Positions 28,757-38,495 of a DNA stretch of 64,000 nucleotides are shown one piece after another. The stretch covers positions 45,330-109,329 of the forward strand of contig CAKZSU010000007.1 in NCBI GenBank assembly GCA_937921305.1, written 5' to 3'. Numbering within the stretch: position 1 is the first letter of the stretch; each line of letters starts with the position of its first letter. Position numbers and translations under genes: made by a program. The notes beneath the pieces were generated by a model. It saw only the letters and a list, made by a program, of their open reading frames with translations. It had not been told where the DNA came from and ran no database searches. Origin of the DNA: an uncultured Patescibacteria group bacterium (GTDB lineage Bacteria; Patescibacteriota; Microgenomatia; UBA10105; UBA927).

Positions 28757-30995
28757 AGTCTAATGATATCATAAATATGATTCCTGATTGAGGAAAATTA
28801 CGCGTTTTTTTTGAAGAATATGCGTATTGTTGCAAACCATAATATGAACCTATCGCGCCTTCTTTCATCATCGTCATATACCGAATGACCGATAACAATA
28901 TCCAAACTGAACATCGATATTCTTCTATCTGCTCTGAAGGATATGGAAACGCTCTATTAGCAGTAAGAAACATACACAATACATGAAACATTCTCAGAAC
29001 GAGCTCTCCTTCGCTGTTTACATTCTGCCACACAATAAAATTCTCTTCTTGTTGATTAAAAAAACTCATCTGTGCATTTTCCTTCCTTGTATTGAGATGT
29101 TTCGTAAGACTAACTGCATCGCCTTGACCTTTTTCATCAACACCCTCTCTAGAAAAATCAAAACTATAACTAATGGAATTAAACGATGAAAAATCAACCG
29201 ATCGATTGGCGATGCGTTGGATTAATACTAAAAAACACATCACGACAGGAATATTTATCCGCTTATCCGATTTTTTATTTTCGTCATCCTCGAATACTTC
29301 GTATTCATCATATAGCAATTTGGAAACCATCGATAGTTGTTCATGTATCCATATAAAAAACTCCTTAAGGAGTAGATCATGATCGTCAATCATGTCAACA
29401 TCGTGTTCGTCGGTCGCTAGTTCATATAAAGATTGTCGTTCTTGTAACAATAAAAATGATTGATCATTTACTAAATCACAATCGCCAACATAACGAAGAA
29501 ACACCTGATACATGAACCACAATACCGACGCTTGTTCTTCAATATTTGAAGATTGTATCTCTTGATTGTTTTCACCCTCTGTTGCTCCCAACTGATTCTG
29601 ATCTTTTTCATCAATAATGATGATCGACTGTTCTTTTAATGCTCCTTTTCTTTCCCGAAAAGCGAAAATCGCTTCATCAAGTCCACGAGCATCTTCTTCG
29701 TCAACGTTTTCTCTGTTCTTCGGATTAATAACTCTATACTCCATTCGAGGCATCTCATCTTGAATTATGACCACAAACGGATCTACCCCCGAGATTTCTA
29801 AGAAATCGCCCATTTCTTGCTTTTTCAATACTCTTTCCGCACGATCAACATCAACCTGTTTGTTCGTTTCAAACAACTTGTCTTGAAAAGGGTATTGTTG
29901 CGATGAATCCGGTAAGACATCTTCTTTTTTATCACGAATACCAATCGAAACTTCGATAATGGGACGGTCTTTTTTTTCAATCGCAGTCGATGGACTTGCT
30001 TTAACTTCACCAGAAGACTTTATATATCTTCTACTCTCATCTGACCGACTTGTACCCACTCTTCCTTGATCGCTATCATTCTTGTCTGTTCCACTCTGTT
30101 CTTCTTTATCATCAGAAATAGTCTTACGTTCGTTTATTTCTAATGGTATTTCCCTTCTCGATAGAGGAATACCTTTCCTACTTTGTTCATCTTTTTCTTC
30201 AGCTTGTCTCGCAGAAAAAGATTGCTTTGAATCCTCATACGCCGTTTTTAATTCATTCGAACCACCCTTGCTCTTTCTCCGCAACGTATCATTATTATTA
30301 TTAGTAGTAGTAGTAGTAGATGATTCACAAAAAGAAGCAGGCGCGCATTGATTAGCTTTTGTCTCTTGAACAACCTGTTGAAGAACAGATTGCGCGTCAG
30401 GCAATGATATGGTTGCATCCGTAAGAATAAATACGCGATCTGAAGGAAAAACTTTGTTCAGGTGACCAAATTGACGCTGAGCGATAGCTTGTATTCCTTC
30501 AAACGAATGAAACAATCCGTCAGGAGCGGCATTGATAATCATTTGTTTTCCTCTCCTTGTTTCATGATCATATGTCATGACCACAACATCTCTATTATCT
30601 TTGCCTTCCCTTGCGTAACTGGTAACTACGATTGTTGCTCCTCGTCGAAATGCTTCCTCAATCATCCGCGATGTTTGATGATCGGAAAGAGAATACTGAT
30701 CGGGCGTTTTCCTTCGTTGATTGTCGTGCAGCGCTTCAAGCGAAATATTGTACGATGGAAAAAAGACCCGAGAATCATTAATCTCAAACTCTGCGGTGTA
30801 ATACGCGCCCTTCTCTGTACTCTCACGAATATATGAATAGACATCTAATTTATACCGATCACGAAATTGCCTTGCCGCTTTTCGCCGTATATCGCTATCA
30901 GTCCATCCCTGATCTTTGTATGCGATCGAAAGATCCTGACACAACAATTCATATGATTGACGAAAAACTTCTTTACTACATCCGCATGTTGCCAT
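28719..30995 (-). CDS. Hypothetical 758-aa protein with disordered central region
   Basis: Long ORF; GGGAG upstream of the ATG; no family recognised. Confidence 0.7.
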   Translation of the reverse strand: MATCGCSKEVFRQSYELLCQDLSIAYKDQGWTDSDIRRKAARQFRDRYKLDVYSYIRESTEKGAYYTAEFEINDSRVFFPSYNISLEALHDNQRRKTPDQYSLSDHQTSRMIEEAFRRGATIVVTSYAREGKDNRDVVVMTYDHETRRGKQMIINAAPDGLFHSFEGIQAIAQRQFGHLNKVFPSDRVFILTDATISLPDAQSVLQQVVQETKANQCAPASFCESSTTTTTNNNNDTLRRKSKGGSNELKTAYEDSKQSFSARQAEEKDEQSRKGIPLSRREIPLEINERKTISDDKEEQSGTDKNDSDQGRVGTSRSDESRRYIKSSGEVKASPSTAIEKKDRPIIEVSIGIRDKKEDVLPDSSQQYPFQDKLFETNKQVDVDRAERVLKKQEMGDFLEISGVDPFVVIIQDEMPRMEYRVINPKNRENVDEEDARGLDEAIFAFRERKGALKEQSIIIIDEKDQNQLGATEGENNQEIQSSNIEEQASVLWFMYQVFLRYVGDCDLVNDQSFLLLQERQSLYELATDEHDVDMIDDHDLLLKEFFIWIHEQLSMVSKLLYDEYEVFEDDENKKSDKRINIPVVMCFLVLIQRIANRSVDFSSFNSISYSFDFSREGVDEKGQGDAVSLTKHLNTRKENAQMSFFNQQEENFIVWQNVNSEGELVLRMFHVLCMFLTANRAFPYPSEQIEEYRCSVWILLSVIRYMTMMKEGAIGSYYGLQQYAYSSKKTRNFPQSGIIFMISLDYDRSPANQPITA

Positions 30996-31008
30996 ATGTT
31001 ACTCCCAT

Positions 31009-31034
31009 AAAAAAACCTTCTCATCTCGAGAAGG
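31009..31034 (-). terminator. Intrinsic terminator, likely the riboswitch expression platform
   Basis: CCTTCTC-GAGAT-GAGAAGG followed by TTTTTTT on the - strand, about 13 nt before ATG 30995. Confidence 0.75.
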
Positions 31035-31130
31035 CACAAAAACCACATTGCAAGCATAAACCACATAAAGCGAATCTTTTTAACTCTTATACTTGCAAGC
31101 TATGACAATTCTCCTGCTCGGGATGAATTA

Positions 31131-31201
31131 CATACGGGGAGTTCCGGACTTTACCGTTGCGGCACAGTCTCTGAATTTCACAGAGTTCCTCGATCCGTAT
31201 G
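31131..31201 (-). promoter_or_regulatory. Short-type cobalamin riboswitch
   Basis: CATACGG..GGAACTCTGTGAAATTCAGAGACTGTGCCGCAACGGTAAAGTCCGG..CCGTATG: GTGAAAT T-loop hairpin, ACTG-GCCGCAACGGT core, closing helix; adjacent to a cobalamin adenosyltransferase gene. Confidence 0.8.
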
Positions 31202-31228
31202 GGTAAAATTGGTATATTCTGTCAAAAT

Positions 31229-31792
31229 TTACTGATCTTGTTTTCTCTCAATTCCTCTCCATGGAACATCTTCAATTTTAAACGTATAATTCAAAAATCG
31301 AGCGAGCATAAATAACCAGTCTGACAATCGATTCATATATTGAAGGATCTTTTCATATTTTCCCCTTTTTTCTCCCGCATGTTGTTCGTACACTTTAACG
31401 ATCGCTCTTTCGGCTCTCCGACAGATACTCCTTGCAATGTGTGTTTTTGCGGCGATCGAACTTCCACCAGGAAGAATGAAATGGTTTAATGATGGAAGCA
31501 TTTCCTCCATAACATCAATCTCAACTTCAATCTCTGAAACTCTTGTCGCAAGATTGTGCAAGTCATGATCCCATCCAGCCAAGAATCCTCCAACAACAAA
31601 CAGATCTGATTGTATTTTCTGAAGAAGCGATTGTTTCTCTTCAAAAGTAATCTCGCTTACCAATAGTCCCATCCAACTATTGAGTTCGTCGACAAGACCA
31701 TACGCTTCAATTCGATCATGAGATTTGCTTACGCGCTTTCCTCCATATAACGATGTCTCTCCTCTGTCTCCTGTTTTTGTATAGATCGGCAT
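31229..31792 (-). CDS. pduO: PduO-type ATP:cob(I)alamin adenosyltransferase
   Basis: IYTKTGDRGET, EAYGLVDELNS, FILPGG, CRRAER, NRLSDWLF. Confidence 0.93.
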   Translation of the reverse strand: MPIYTKTGDRGETSLYGGKRVSKSHDRIEAYGLVDELNSWMGLLVSEITFEEKQSLLQKIQSDLFVVGGFLAGWDHDLHNLATRVSEIEVEIDVMEEMLPSLNHFILPGGSSIAAKTHIARSICRRAERAIVKVYEQHAGEKRGKYEKILQYMNRLSDWLFMLARFLNYTFKIEDVPWRGIERKQDQ

Positions 31793-31966
31793 ACACCTGT
31801 TTCATATCATACCTTGATATGTTCTTCAATGATGAAATTGATAGATTGCAGAACAGAGCTTGTTCATGGGAAAATACACACGATAATTTTCTACAAAACA
31901 GCAAATATTTGAACTGTCATCTTTTATCATTCCGACATTAACCTGTTGATCCCACTCTCAACAACA

Positions 31967-32090
31967 CGTCATTCTAACCTTGTTTCCAGATTTGTTGACG
32001 AACGAAGAAAAAATTTACTTCCAAACACTTTTAGATGCTGAAACGAGTTCAGCATAACAAAAAAGAACACTGAAATAAATTCAACATGAC
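31967..32090. repeat. Degenerate palindromic (REP/RPE-like) repeat cluster
   Basis: GTCATTCTAACCTTGTTTCCAGATT facing AGATGCTGAAACGAGTTCAGCATAAC and ACACTGAAATAAATTCAACATGAC. Confidence 0.5.
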
Positions 32091-32240
32091 AAAGAAAAAT
32101 ATGATAAAATTCTTAAAAAACCCAAATATATGATTAAAAATTCATGAAAACGATCGCGATTGATCATGTTTGTTCAAAAAAATGATCCACATCATCCTAG
32201 TTGACTGAAACAAAACATACTCCCTAGCATAAATGCTAAT

Positions 32241-33242
32241 ATGAAGAATCGAATGATTATTTTTCTTTTGTCAATCACTATTGTTGCCTCAACGATTCTC
32301 ATCATTCAAAATCCAAAAAAGACACAGTCCACAACATCACATGTTGTATTATCGGAAATTCAAGTCCGATCGGTGGAAAATGCAAATGATGAATTTGTTG
32401 AACTATATAATCCGACAAACTCACCAGTTGATCTCTCGTCGTGGAAACTCTCAAGAAAAACCGCAAGCGGAACGGAAAGCGTACTTGTGGCAAGTCTCTC
32501 GGGAAGCATTCCAGCAAAAGGATTCTTTCTTATCGCCTCTCCAGAATCATCGACGGCTTCTCTCGCTGATCAAACCTATTCAACTGATCAACGTATCGCG
32601 GCAAACAATGCAATTCTTCTCTATAATCAGGAAGGAACTATTGTTGACATGGTAGGATTAGGGACAGCATCAGCAAGCGAAACAGCGACGATTGGAAATC
32701 CCGTCAACGGCGGAAGCGTAGAACGGAAAGCGAACGCGTCGTCAACAAGCGAATCCATGAATATTGGAGGCACTGATGAATTCCTTGGAAACGGATGGGA
32801 TACGGATAATAATAGTCTTGACTTTATTCAAAGAAGAGTAAGTCAACCACAAAACGCTTCTTTTCCGCCAGAACCCCCAATCATATCACCAACGCCAACT
32901 CCTTCTTCGTCACCAACGTTGCTTCCAACGCTAACGCCAACCACAACACCCAATCCAACCCCTACTTCATCTCCAACACCAACCATGACTCCAACAAACA
33001 CACCAACGCCCATCCCAACACAAACGCCATTACCAACGCAAATAGTCACTCCAACCATTTCGCCAACGACTCATCCTACCCATATTCCACAACCAACGCC
33101 GTCCATGTTCCCGACACCAACACCGCCGTTATGGAGAATGCCGCATATAACTATTCAATGCTCGATGACACAAAAGATAATCGATACACCATTATGGACA
33201 ATACGGATATCAATTCCTTCATGCAGGGTAATTCGTTTATAA
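32241..33242 (+). CDS. Secreted lamin-tail-domain protein with Pro/Thr-rich linker
   Basis: [35 protein letters not shown], long PT repeats. Confidence 0.85.
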   Translation: MKNRMIIFLLSITIVASTILIIQNPKKTQSTTSHVVLSEIQVRSVENANDEFVELYNPTNSPVDLSSWKLSRKTASGTESVLVASLSGSIPAKGFFLIASPESSTASLADQTYSTDQRIAANNAILLYNQEGTIVDMVGLGTASASETATIGNPVNGGSVERKANASSTSESMNIGGTDEFLGNGWDTDNNSLDFIQRRVSQPQNASFPPEPPIISPTPTPSSSPTLLPTLTPTTTPNPTPTSSPTPTMTPTNTPTPIPTQTPLPTQIVTPTISPTTHPTHIPQPTPSMFPTPTPPLWRMPHITIQCSMTQKIIDTPLWTIRISIPSCRVIRL

Positions 33243-33320
33243 AAATAAAAAAAGAAAAATTCATTGATTTACCAACTTACAAAAATAAAGCTTCTAATAA
33301 TTCTTCGTTAAGAATTACAA

Positions 33321-33455
33321 CGGTAGTCGCACCTGAAGAACTGAGAAAATTAGGACAAGAACCGCCAATTCTCTATTGCAATCCCAAACGCAATACCCTA
33401 TATATTGCCGTCGTGATGAGCGGTCTGGGGGTGATGAGCTTCCTGCTGTCTATGG
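33321..33455. ncRNA. Candidate structured ncRNA (6S-like rod with central bubble)
   Basis: Nested pairings 33323-31/33444-53, 33335-38/33439-42, 33358-65/33420-26 and 33390-95/33403-08 in a GC-richer intergenic patch. Confidence 0.3.
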
Positions 33456-33507
33456 AGTAATTTTTGCAAATCCATCCAAATGAAAAAATCCCAGATACTC
33501 ATCTGTG

Positions 33508-34077
33508 TTACTCCCGTAAAAATTGTTCATCCAGTGTTTTTCGAATACTCATCCACCACTCTTGCGAATCTGTCGATCGAATCTGCTCCGCCAACTCTTT
33601 ACTCTCTTTCAATCGAAGCCGTTTCACATTGCTATCGAACCATTCTTGCGTATGCGTATGTCCGCGCTCTGTTAAAAGCTTCAACTCAACAAGAAACGCA
33701 AGAATGTTCGCTTCGTAGACAATACGAGCCTCCAGGGTCTTTTTTTCTTCATATACTTCCAACGTTCGAAGCAATTCAGGGTCAACACCTGAAAAGATAT
33801 CTGTATTCGCTCGATCTTCATGCCGTGTAATATAAAACTTCGCAAGTTTGTCAATTTCTCCTGTTCGAGCTTCATGAAAATCGTGAAAGATCGCCATGGT
33901 TAACACAGTTTCCGTGTTCGCACCTTTTAATTTGCACAGAAAATATGCGATAACAGCGGTCATAAAACTATGCTCTCCCACTCCTTCGCTATGACCGCCA
34001 AGAATCTGCCACCCTGTTCTTTGAAGTCTTTTGACAACAGCCGCTTCAAAGATAATATGAATCAACGATCGTTTCAT
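33508..34077 (-). CDS. HD-domain phosphohydrolase (YfbR-like)
   Basis: RLQRTGW, EGVGEHSF, FHDFHEARTGEI. Confidence 0.85.
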   Translation of the reverse strand: MKRSLIHIIFEAAVVKRLQRTGWQILGGHSEGVGEHSFMTAVIAYFLCKLKGANTETVLTMAIFHDFHEARTGEIDKLAKFYITRHEDRANTDIFSGVDPELLRTLEVYEEKKTLEARIVYEANILAFLVELKLLTERGHTHTQEWFDSNVKRLRLKESKELAEQIRSTDSQEWWMSIRKTLDEQFLRE

Positions 34078-34664
34078 TGAATGCGAAATGATACGTCCTG
34101 CGTTGAAGAAAGGATATCTGGAATCTCCCCTGTTTCTTCATCTCGAAGACCAAATAACGATGTTTGATCTTCCGCTCCTCGAACGAGCCGTATCGTGACA
34201 TCCCCCTTATCGCCAACCACAGTAAAAAATAGTTTCGCCAATTTTGTCTCTTCCATGAATGAAACTGGAGCAACACCGGCGGATTGATCACCAAAAAGGG
34301 AAAACACCGCTCTCCCTGGCTCAATGCTTACGATATGCAATGTCGGAAATGCTCCTTCATTTCTGATATTCTTTTCTTCTAATAATACTTTTGTTGGATC
34401 AAATGTAAGGACAATATACGCTTCCACAACGGGTTGACCGTCTGTCTTTGCCGTGACATACACAGGCATTAATTCTCCTTTCGACGCCCGATCCTTCACG
34501 ATTCCTAATCGAAGAAAAGGAGATGATATCGGCAACGACGGAAGAATTGTTTCTTCAGATGCCTTTGATCGAACATCTTGCGATTGATTCGTCAACACCA
34601 AAGACAGCACTGGAATAAATATAAGAAAAGCCACCAACGATAAAAATAAGAAAATGTTTTTCAT
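34074..34664 (-). CDS. Exported cohesin-like domain protein
   Basis: N-terminal TM + QDVRSKA (CPR motif), LTFDPTKV, LAKLFF. Confidence 0.6.
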   Translation of the reverse strand: MKNIFLFLSLVAFLIFIPVLSLVLTNQSQDVRSKASEETILPSLPISSPFLRLGIVKDRASKGELMPVYVTAKTDGQPVVEAYIVLTFDPTKVLLEEKNIRNEGAFPTLHIVSIEPGRAVFSLFGDQSAGVAPVSFMEETKLAKLFFTVVGDKGDVTIRLVRGAEDQTSLFGLRDEETGEIPDILSSTQDVSFRIQ

Positions 34665-34680
34665 ATACCCATAGAATACA

Positions 34681-35451
34681 TCACGATTCTTTAAGCGTTG
34701 TATATACCACTAATCGTTCATTGTAAATTTGCTCTTTCTTATCCCATATACCACCACATGTGATAAGATTTAAATTTTTCCCCGGTTTTGTAAAAAAGAC
34801 ATGCTCCGATGGAAATGTTTTGTAATGATGCATCTCTTTGCTTTCAACAATAAATGTCAACTCTCTTCCATCCTCAGAAACGACAATAACTTCATTGCCT
34901 GGCTCCAATGTCTTAAGTTTATAGAATACAGCAGGCTTCCCCGACGGCGTATCGTAGTGACCGCTGATCACCGCGTTCCCCTCTTCGCCAGGCTTGGCTC
35001 CATACACATACCAAGAAACATTCGCGGCGTTCTTTGGAACATCCATTTCGTGGGTCTTCGTCTGACCAACATGCTCAATATGAGTATCAATATTTAATGA
35101 TGGAATTTTTATGCGAACAGGAATAAATTCAATGGGGTTGGTTGGCATTTCTGCAGAAGATTCTTCTTTTGTTTCGTATATATTTTGAGGTGGAAGAAAA
35201 ACTTCAGTATCGCTCAAAAGAGCGGATTGTAGAACAAACTGCTTATAAAATTTTGGCACAAATATAAAGGCAGCGATACCATACGAAACAAGAAAAAATA
35301 TAAGAACAAACCATCGATAACGATTAATAAATCTATGAATTTTCGAAAAAATAGTGTTGTGATAAGCATTCTGTTCATTAATGCCCACACTACCAAGATT
35401 ACTTGCAGAAAACTGATAATTTGAAATTCCGTATTGGTATTGGTCGTCCAT
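34681..35451 (-). CDS. Class F sortase
   Basis: RIKIPSLNI, PGEEGNAVISGHYD, LNLITCGG, ERLVV. Confidence 0.9.
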   Translation of the reverse strand: MDDQYQYGISNYQFSASNLGSVGINEQNAYHNTIFSKIHRFINRYRWFVLIFFLVSYGIAAFIFVPKFYKQFVLQSALLSDTEVFLPPQNIYETKEESSAEMPTNPIEFIPVRIKIPSLNIDTHIEHVGQTKTHEMDVPKNAANVSWYVYGAKPGEEGNAVISGHYDTPSGKPAVFYKLKTLEPGNEVIVVSEDGRELTFIVESKEMHHYKTFPSEHVFFTKPGKNLNLITCGGIWDKKEQIYNERLVVYTTLKES

Positions 35452-35491
35452 TATTTCTAGCGTATCAAAAAAACAAGAAAGAGTAAAGCAG

Positions 35492-35563
35492 TACCTTCGG
35501 CGGGAATTGAACCCGCATCTTCGGCTCCGGAGGCCGACGCTCTCTCCGTTGAGCTACAAAGGC
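35492..35563 (-). tRNA. tRNA-Arg(CCG)
   Basis: TCGGC-CTCCGGA-GCCGA arm, GTTCAATTC. Confidence 0.9.
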
Positions 35564-35615
35564 AAAAGATTTTCTTAAAAAAGAAATGCGTATAATACAG
35601 GTATAACTTCGATAT

Positions 35616-37661
35616 ATGATACAAGCATTTATCAAACGTTATTATATCGCAGGATTTTGGATTCTGCTTATCGCGCATATCACGTTTGTTTGTTATACCT
35701 ATCGCGCGAAACTTCTTCAGCGATTCGATGAGGAATACTGGAAAGAACGACACGAACAATCTCAATGGAGAATGCTATTCTCTCCGCGAATTATTGGAGA
35801 TGATGGATTATACCTCTATCAGGGATATCTCTTTTCAAGAGGAGAAAATCCTGTATTACACAATCCAGAACATCCACCGCTTGGGAAATATCTTATCGGC
35901 GCAAGTATTCAATTATTTCACAACGGAAGCGCTGCTGGAGTGATACTTACGACAGGAGTTGTCATCACGTTCTTTTATTTATTGCGCCTTATCACGAAAA
36001 ACACACCACTTTCTCTGTTTTTTACCCTTCTTCTTGCGACGGATCCACTAATCACAGATCAATTTCATCTGACGATGCTTGATAGTCCGCAAACACTATT
36101 TCTTCTCCTTGCCGGGATCGGATTTATCAAATATAGTCCACTGTTTACAGGTATCTTTCTCGGTCTTTCCGCGGCAACAAAATTTCCTATTTTTCTTGTT
36201 CTTTTGGTTGTGGGAATACTCTTGTGGTATTTATCAAAAAAACAGCATTCTCAGCTCGTCTTATTTTTAGTCGCGCTTTTCGTTACCTATACCATGTCTT
36301 ATACGCAGTATTTCCGGCTTGGGTATACGATTGTTGATTTTCTCCGCGTGCAAAAACATATGGTCGCGTTTCACCAATCAAGCCAACTTGAATCAAACCG
36401 CGGATCGCTCTTCACCACTCTATTCTTTAATCGCTCCAAGAATCTTTTTACGGAAGAATGGCAACATGAACGTTTTTTTTCACCGATCTGGCCTATTGTT
36501 GCATTGTTTGGAATATTTGGAGCAATATGGATTCTTCTCAAAAAACGAAACGAACCGACGGTATTTATCGGCGCATACACTGTATCGTCAATCGCCATTC
36601 TCTCATTTATTCCATTTTGGACGAGATATCTTGTTGCTTTACTACCGTTCCTTTACACAGGAACAGCGATTATTATTTCTTCAATAATCAATCGACAATC
36701 GCATAAAATGCTCATGGTTTCAATCGAAGTGATACTCTTCTCGCTTCAGTATTTTGCGACACTTCGAACACTTGAACCTTCTAAACAAGAACAAGTACAG
36801 GCTTTCGCGTATAACATTCAATATGGATTCTTTCATGATATATATGAGCATGTTGACAAGCAAACAAAGCACATATATTCGCGAAAAACATTTGATCAGA
36901 TTGGAAAATCTTTTTTTCATGGCGCTCAGATAGAACGCGCATTTGCAACAATTGACACCAATCAAAACACTATATCAATCCGATATGTTACACGATACCT
37001 TGGCGAAATAAAAACAAATACAAAACTCGCACTCACAAAAGAGGATGGCACATGGAAAATTGTATGGGATTGGCGATACATTCATCCTGATTTTTCTCCT
37101 GAAACAACCACTCAAACAATGGTGGATCTTGCAAATCGCGGGAGCATCATCATCGATAACGAGCGGGTAGCATTTGACGCACCATCGTTTATCGCAATAA
37201 TTGATCCTCGAACAATCGATGCATCAAAAGAATGGGAGTTGTATGAAAAACTCTCGTCTCTTTTTTCTGGAACATTGTCGGCAACACACATTCATCATCG
37301 CGTCGTTTTTGATAATCCTAACAATCACCCTCGCGTCATTGGATCTCTTCCATTCTCACTGCCCACCAACGCCATTCATGTGCTTAGATCGTATTCAGGG
37401 GTAGTTCTTGAACCCGGATATATCCGAGCGCAATCAACTCGTTCTGGAACCGTGGAAAATACCGTTTTTGACGAATGCTGTTCTCGTATCTACTCTGTTT
37501 CAACTCATCATGGAACATCAGGGTATGAACAACAATATGATAAAATTCTCTCCGGCACAAACGGCGGATCAATCGTGTTTGTTTCAAAGGATGGAACAAG
37601 GAAAGAAATTCTAAAACAAACAAAAAAAGATGGAGAAGATATAAAGATTAAAACAGAGTAA
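35616..37661 (+). CDS. GT-C (PMT/ArnT-like) glycosyltransferase fused to NTF2-like and PBP-dimerisation domains
   Basis: DDGLY, NPEHPPLGKYLIG, multiple TMs; WKIVWDW..HPDF, NRGSI, GTSGYEQQYDKILSGTNG. Confidence 0.75.
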   Translation: MIQAFIKRYYIAGFWILLIAHITFVCYTYRAKLLQRFDEEYWKERHEQSQWRMLFSPRIIGDDGLYLYQGYLFSRGENPVLHNPEHPPLGKYLIGASIQLFHNGSAAGVILTTGVVITFFYLLRLITKNTPLSLFFTLLLATDPLITDQFHLTMLDSPQTLFLLLAGIGFIKYSPLFTGIFLGLSAATKFPIFLVLLVVGILLWYLSKKQHSQLVLFLVALFVTYTMSYTQYFRLGYTIVDFLRVQKHMVAFHQSSQLESNRGSLFTTLFFNRSKNLFTEEWQHERFFSPIWPIVALFGIFGAIWILLKKRNEPTVFIGAYTVSSIAILSFIPFWTRYLVALLPFLYTGTAIIISSIINRQSHKMLMVSIEVILFSLQYFATLRTLEPSKQEQVQAFAYNIQYGFFHDIYEHVDKQTKHIYSRKTFDQIGKSFFHGAQIERAFATIDTNQNTISIRYVTRYLGEIKTNTKLALTKEDGTWKIVWDWRYIHPDFSPETTTQTMVDLANRGSIIIDNERVAFDAPSFIAIIDPRTIDASKEWELYEKLSSLFSGTLSATHIHHRVVFDNPNNHPRVIGSLPFSLPTNAIHVLRSYSGVVLEPGYIRAQSTRSGTVENTVFDECCSRIYSVSTHHGTSGYEQQYDKILSGTNGGSIVFVSKDGTRKEILKQTKKDGEDIKIKTE

Positions 37662-37665
37662 TGTG

Positions 37666-37753
37666 CGGAAGAGGTGGGATTCGAACCCACGTTCCCGAAT
37701 ATCGGGACCAAGGTTTTCGAGACCTGGCCGTTAAACCACTCCGGCACCCTTCC
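37666..37753 (-). tRNA. tRNA-Ser(CGA)
   Basis: AGGT-CTCGAAA-ACCT arm, long variable arm, GTTCGAATC. Confidence 0.92.
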
Positions 37754-37764
37754 AGATGATTGAG

Positions 37765-37836
37765 CGCTCCCGACAGGAATCGAACCTGTATCAGAAGTTC
37801 CGCAAACTCCTATTCTATCCATTGAACTACGGGAGC
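37765..37836 (-). tRNA. tRNA-Arg(GCG)
   Basis: GCTCCCG/CGGGAGC, GGAGT-TTGCGGA-ACTTC, GTTCGATTC. Confidence 0.9.
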
Positions 37837-37881
37837 ATCGCGTCTTGATTTTACTACATTTTATAAAGAAGAAAAACAAAG

Positions 37882-38370
37882 TTATTGATTTTTCGTTGTT
37901 TCAAGAGGTATTTTACGAGAAATCCATGACGCCGCTTTATCCGAAAATGTCCGCTCTGGAACTTCTCTCATTGAAAGAAAACGCATCATTACTTCTTTTA
38001 TGTCGTCTTTTGATAATCCTTCTACAATCATCATAACACGGTGATTTTGCTCTGTTGTTACAATAACCACCTCTTTGCCCCATTGTTGCTCGAACCAAAA
38101 CTCTTTCAGCTCATTCCACTGGTACATTTTCCCTGCCGTCTCAATTCCAAGATTAGTAATTGCGTGAACAACATTGCCGGGACGAACAGTAGAAAAGACA
38201 TATAACAAAAACGATACAGACACAACAGCGAAAATAAGAGGAATTTCTCGAGCAAAAAACAAAATAACAAGCAAAAAGAACACAATCGCCACGATATTTT
38301 GAAAGAACTCTTTATTGCGTTCCTTAAACAACCACGCTGGAGATTCCCATGTAAGATACACTGTTTTCAT
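37882..38370 (-). CDS. Conserved CPR two-TM protein with PH-like C-terminus
   Basis: LTWESP..KER, two TMs, ITNLGI..YQWNELKEFW. Confidence 0.7.
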   Translation of the reverse strand: MKTVYLTWESPAWLFKERNKEFFQNIVAIVFFLLVILFFAREIPLIFAVVSVSFLLYVFSTVRPGNVVHAITNLGIETAGKMYQWNELKEFWFEQQWGKEVVIVTTEQNHRVMMIVEGLSKDDIKEVMMRFLSMREVPERTFSDKAASWISRKIPLETTKNQ

Positions 38371-38495
38371 TGTTGATAACAGTATATATATATTTTCATT
38401 TTTTGAAAAGATCGCTCATTATAACAACTCACTATTTAGAAAAAACAATACCTAAAATAGTAAAATAATTACTATTGCTTTTGGATTATAAATGT

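Noticed and set aside
32870-33130. CCAAC-rich repeats as a DNA repeat element
   Set aside because: They are explained by the Pro/Thr linker codons of the lamin-tail-domain protein.
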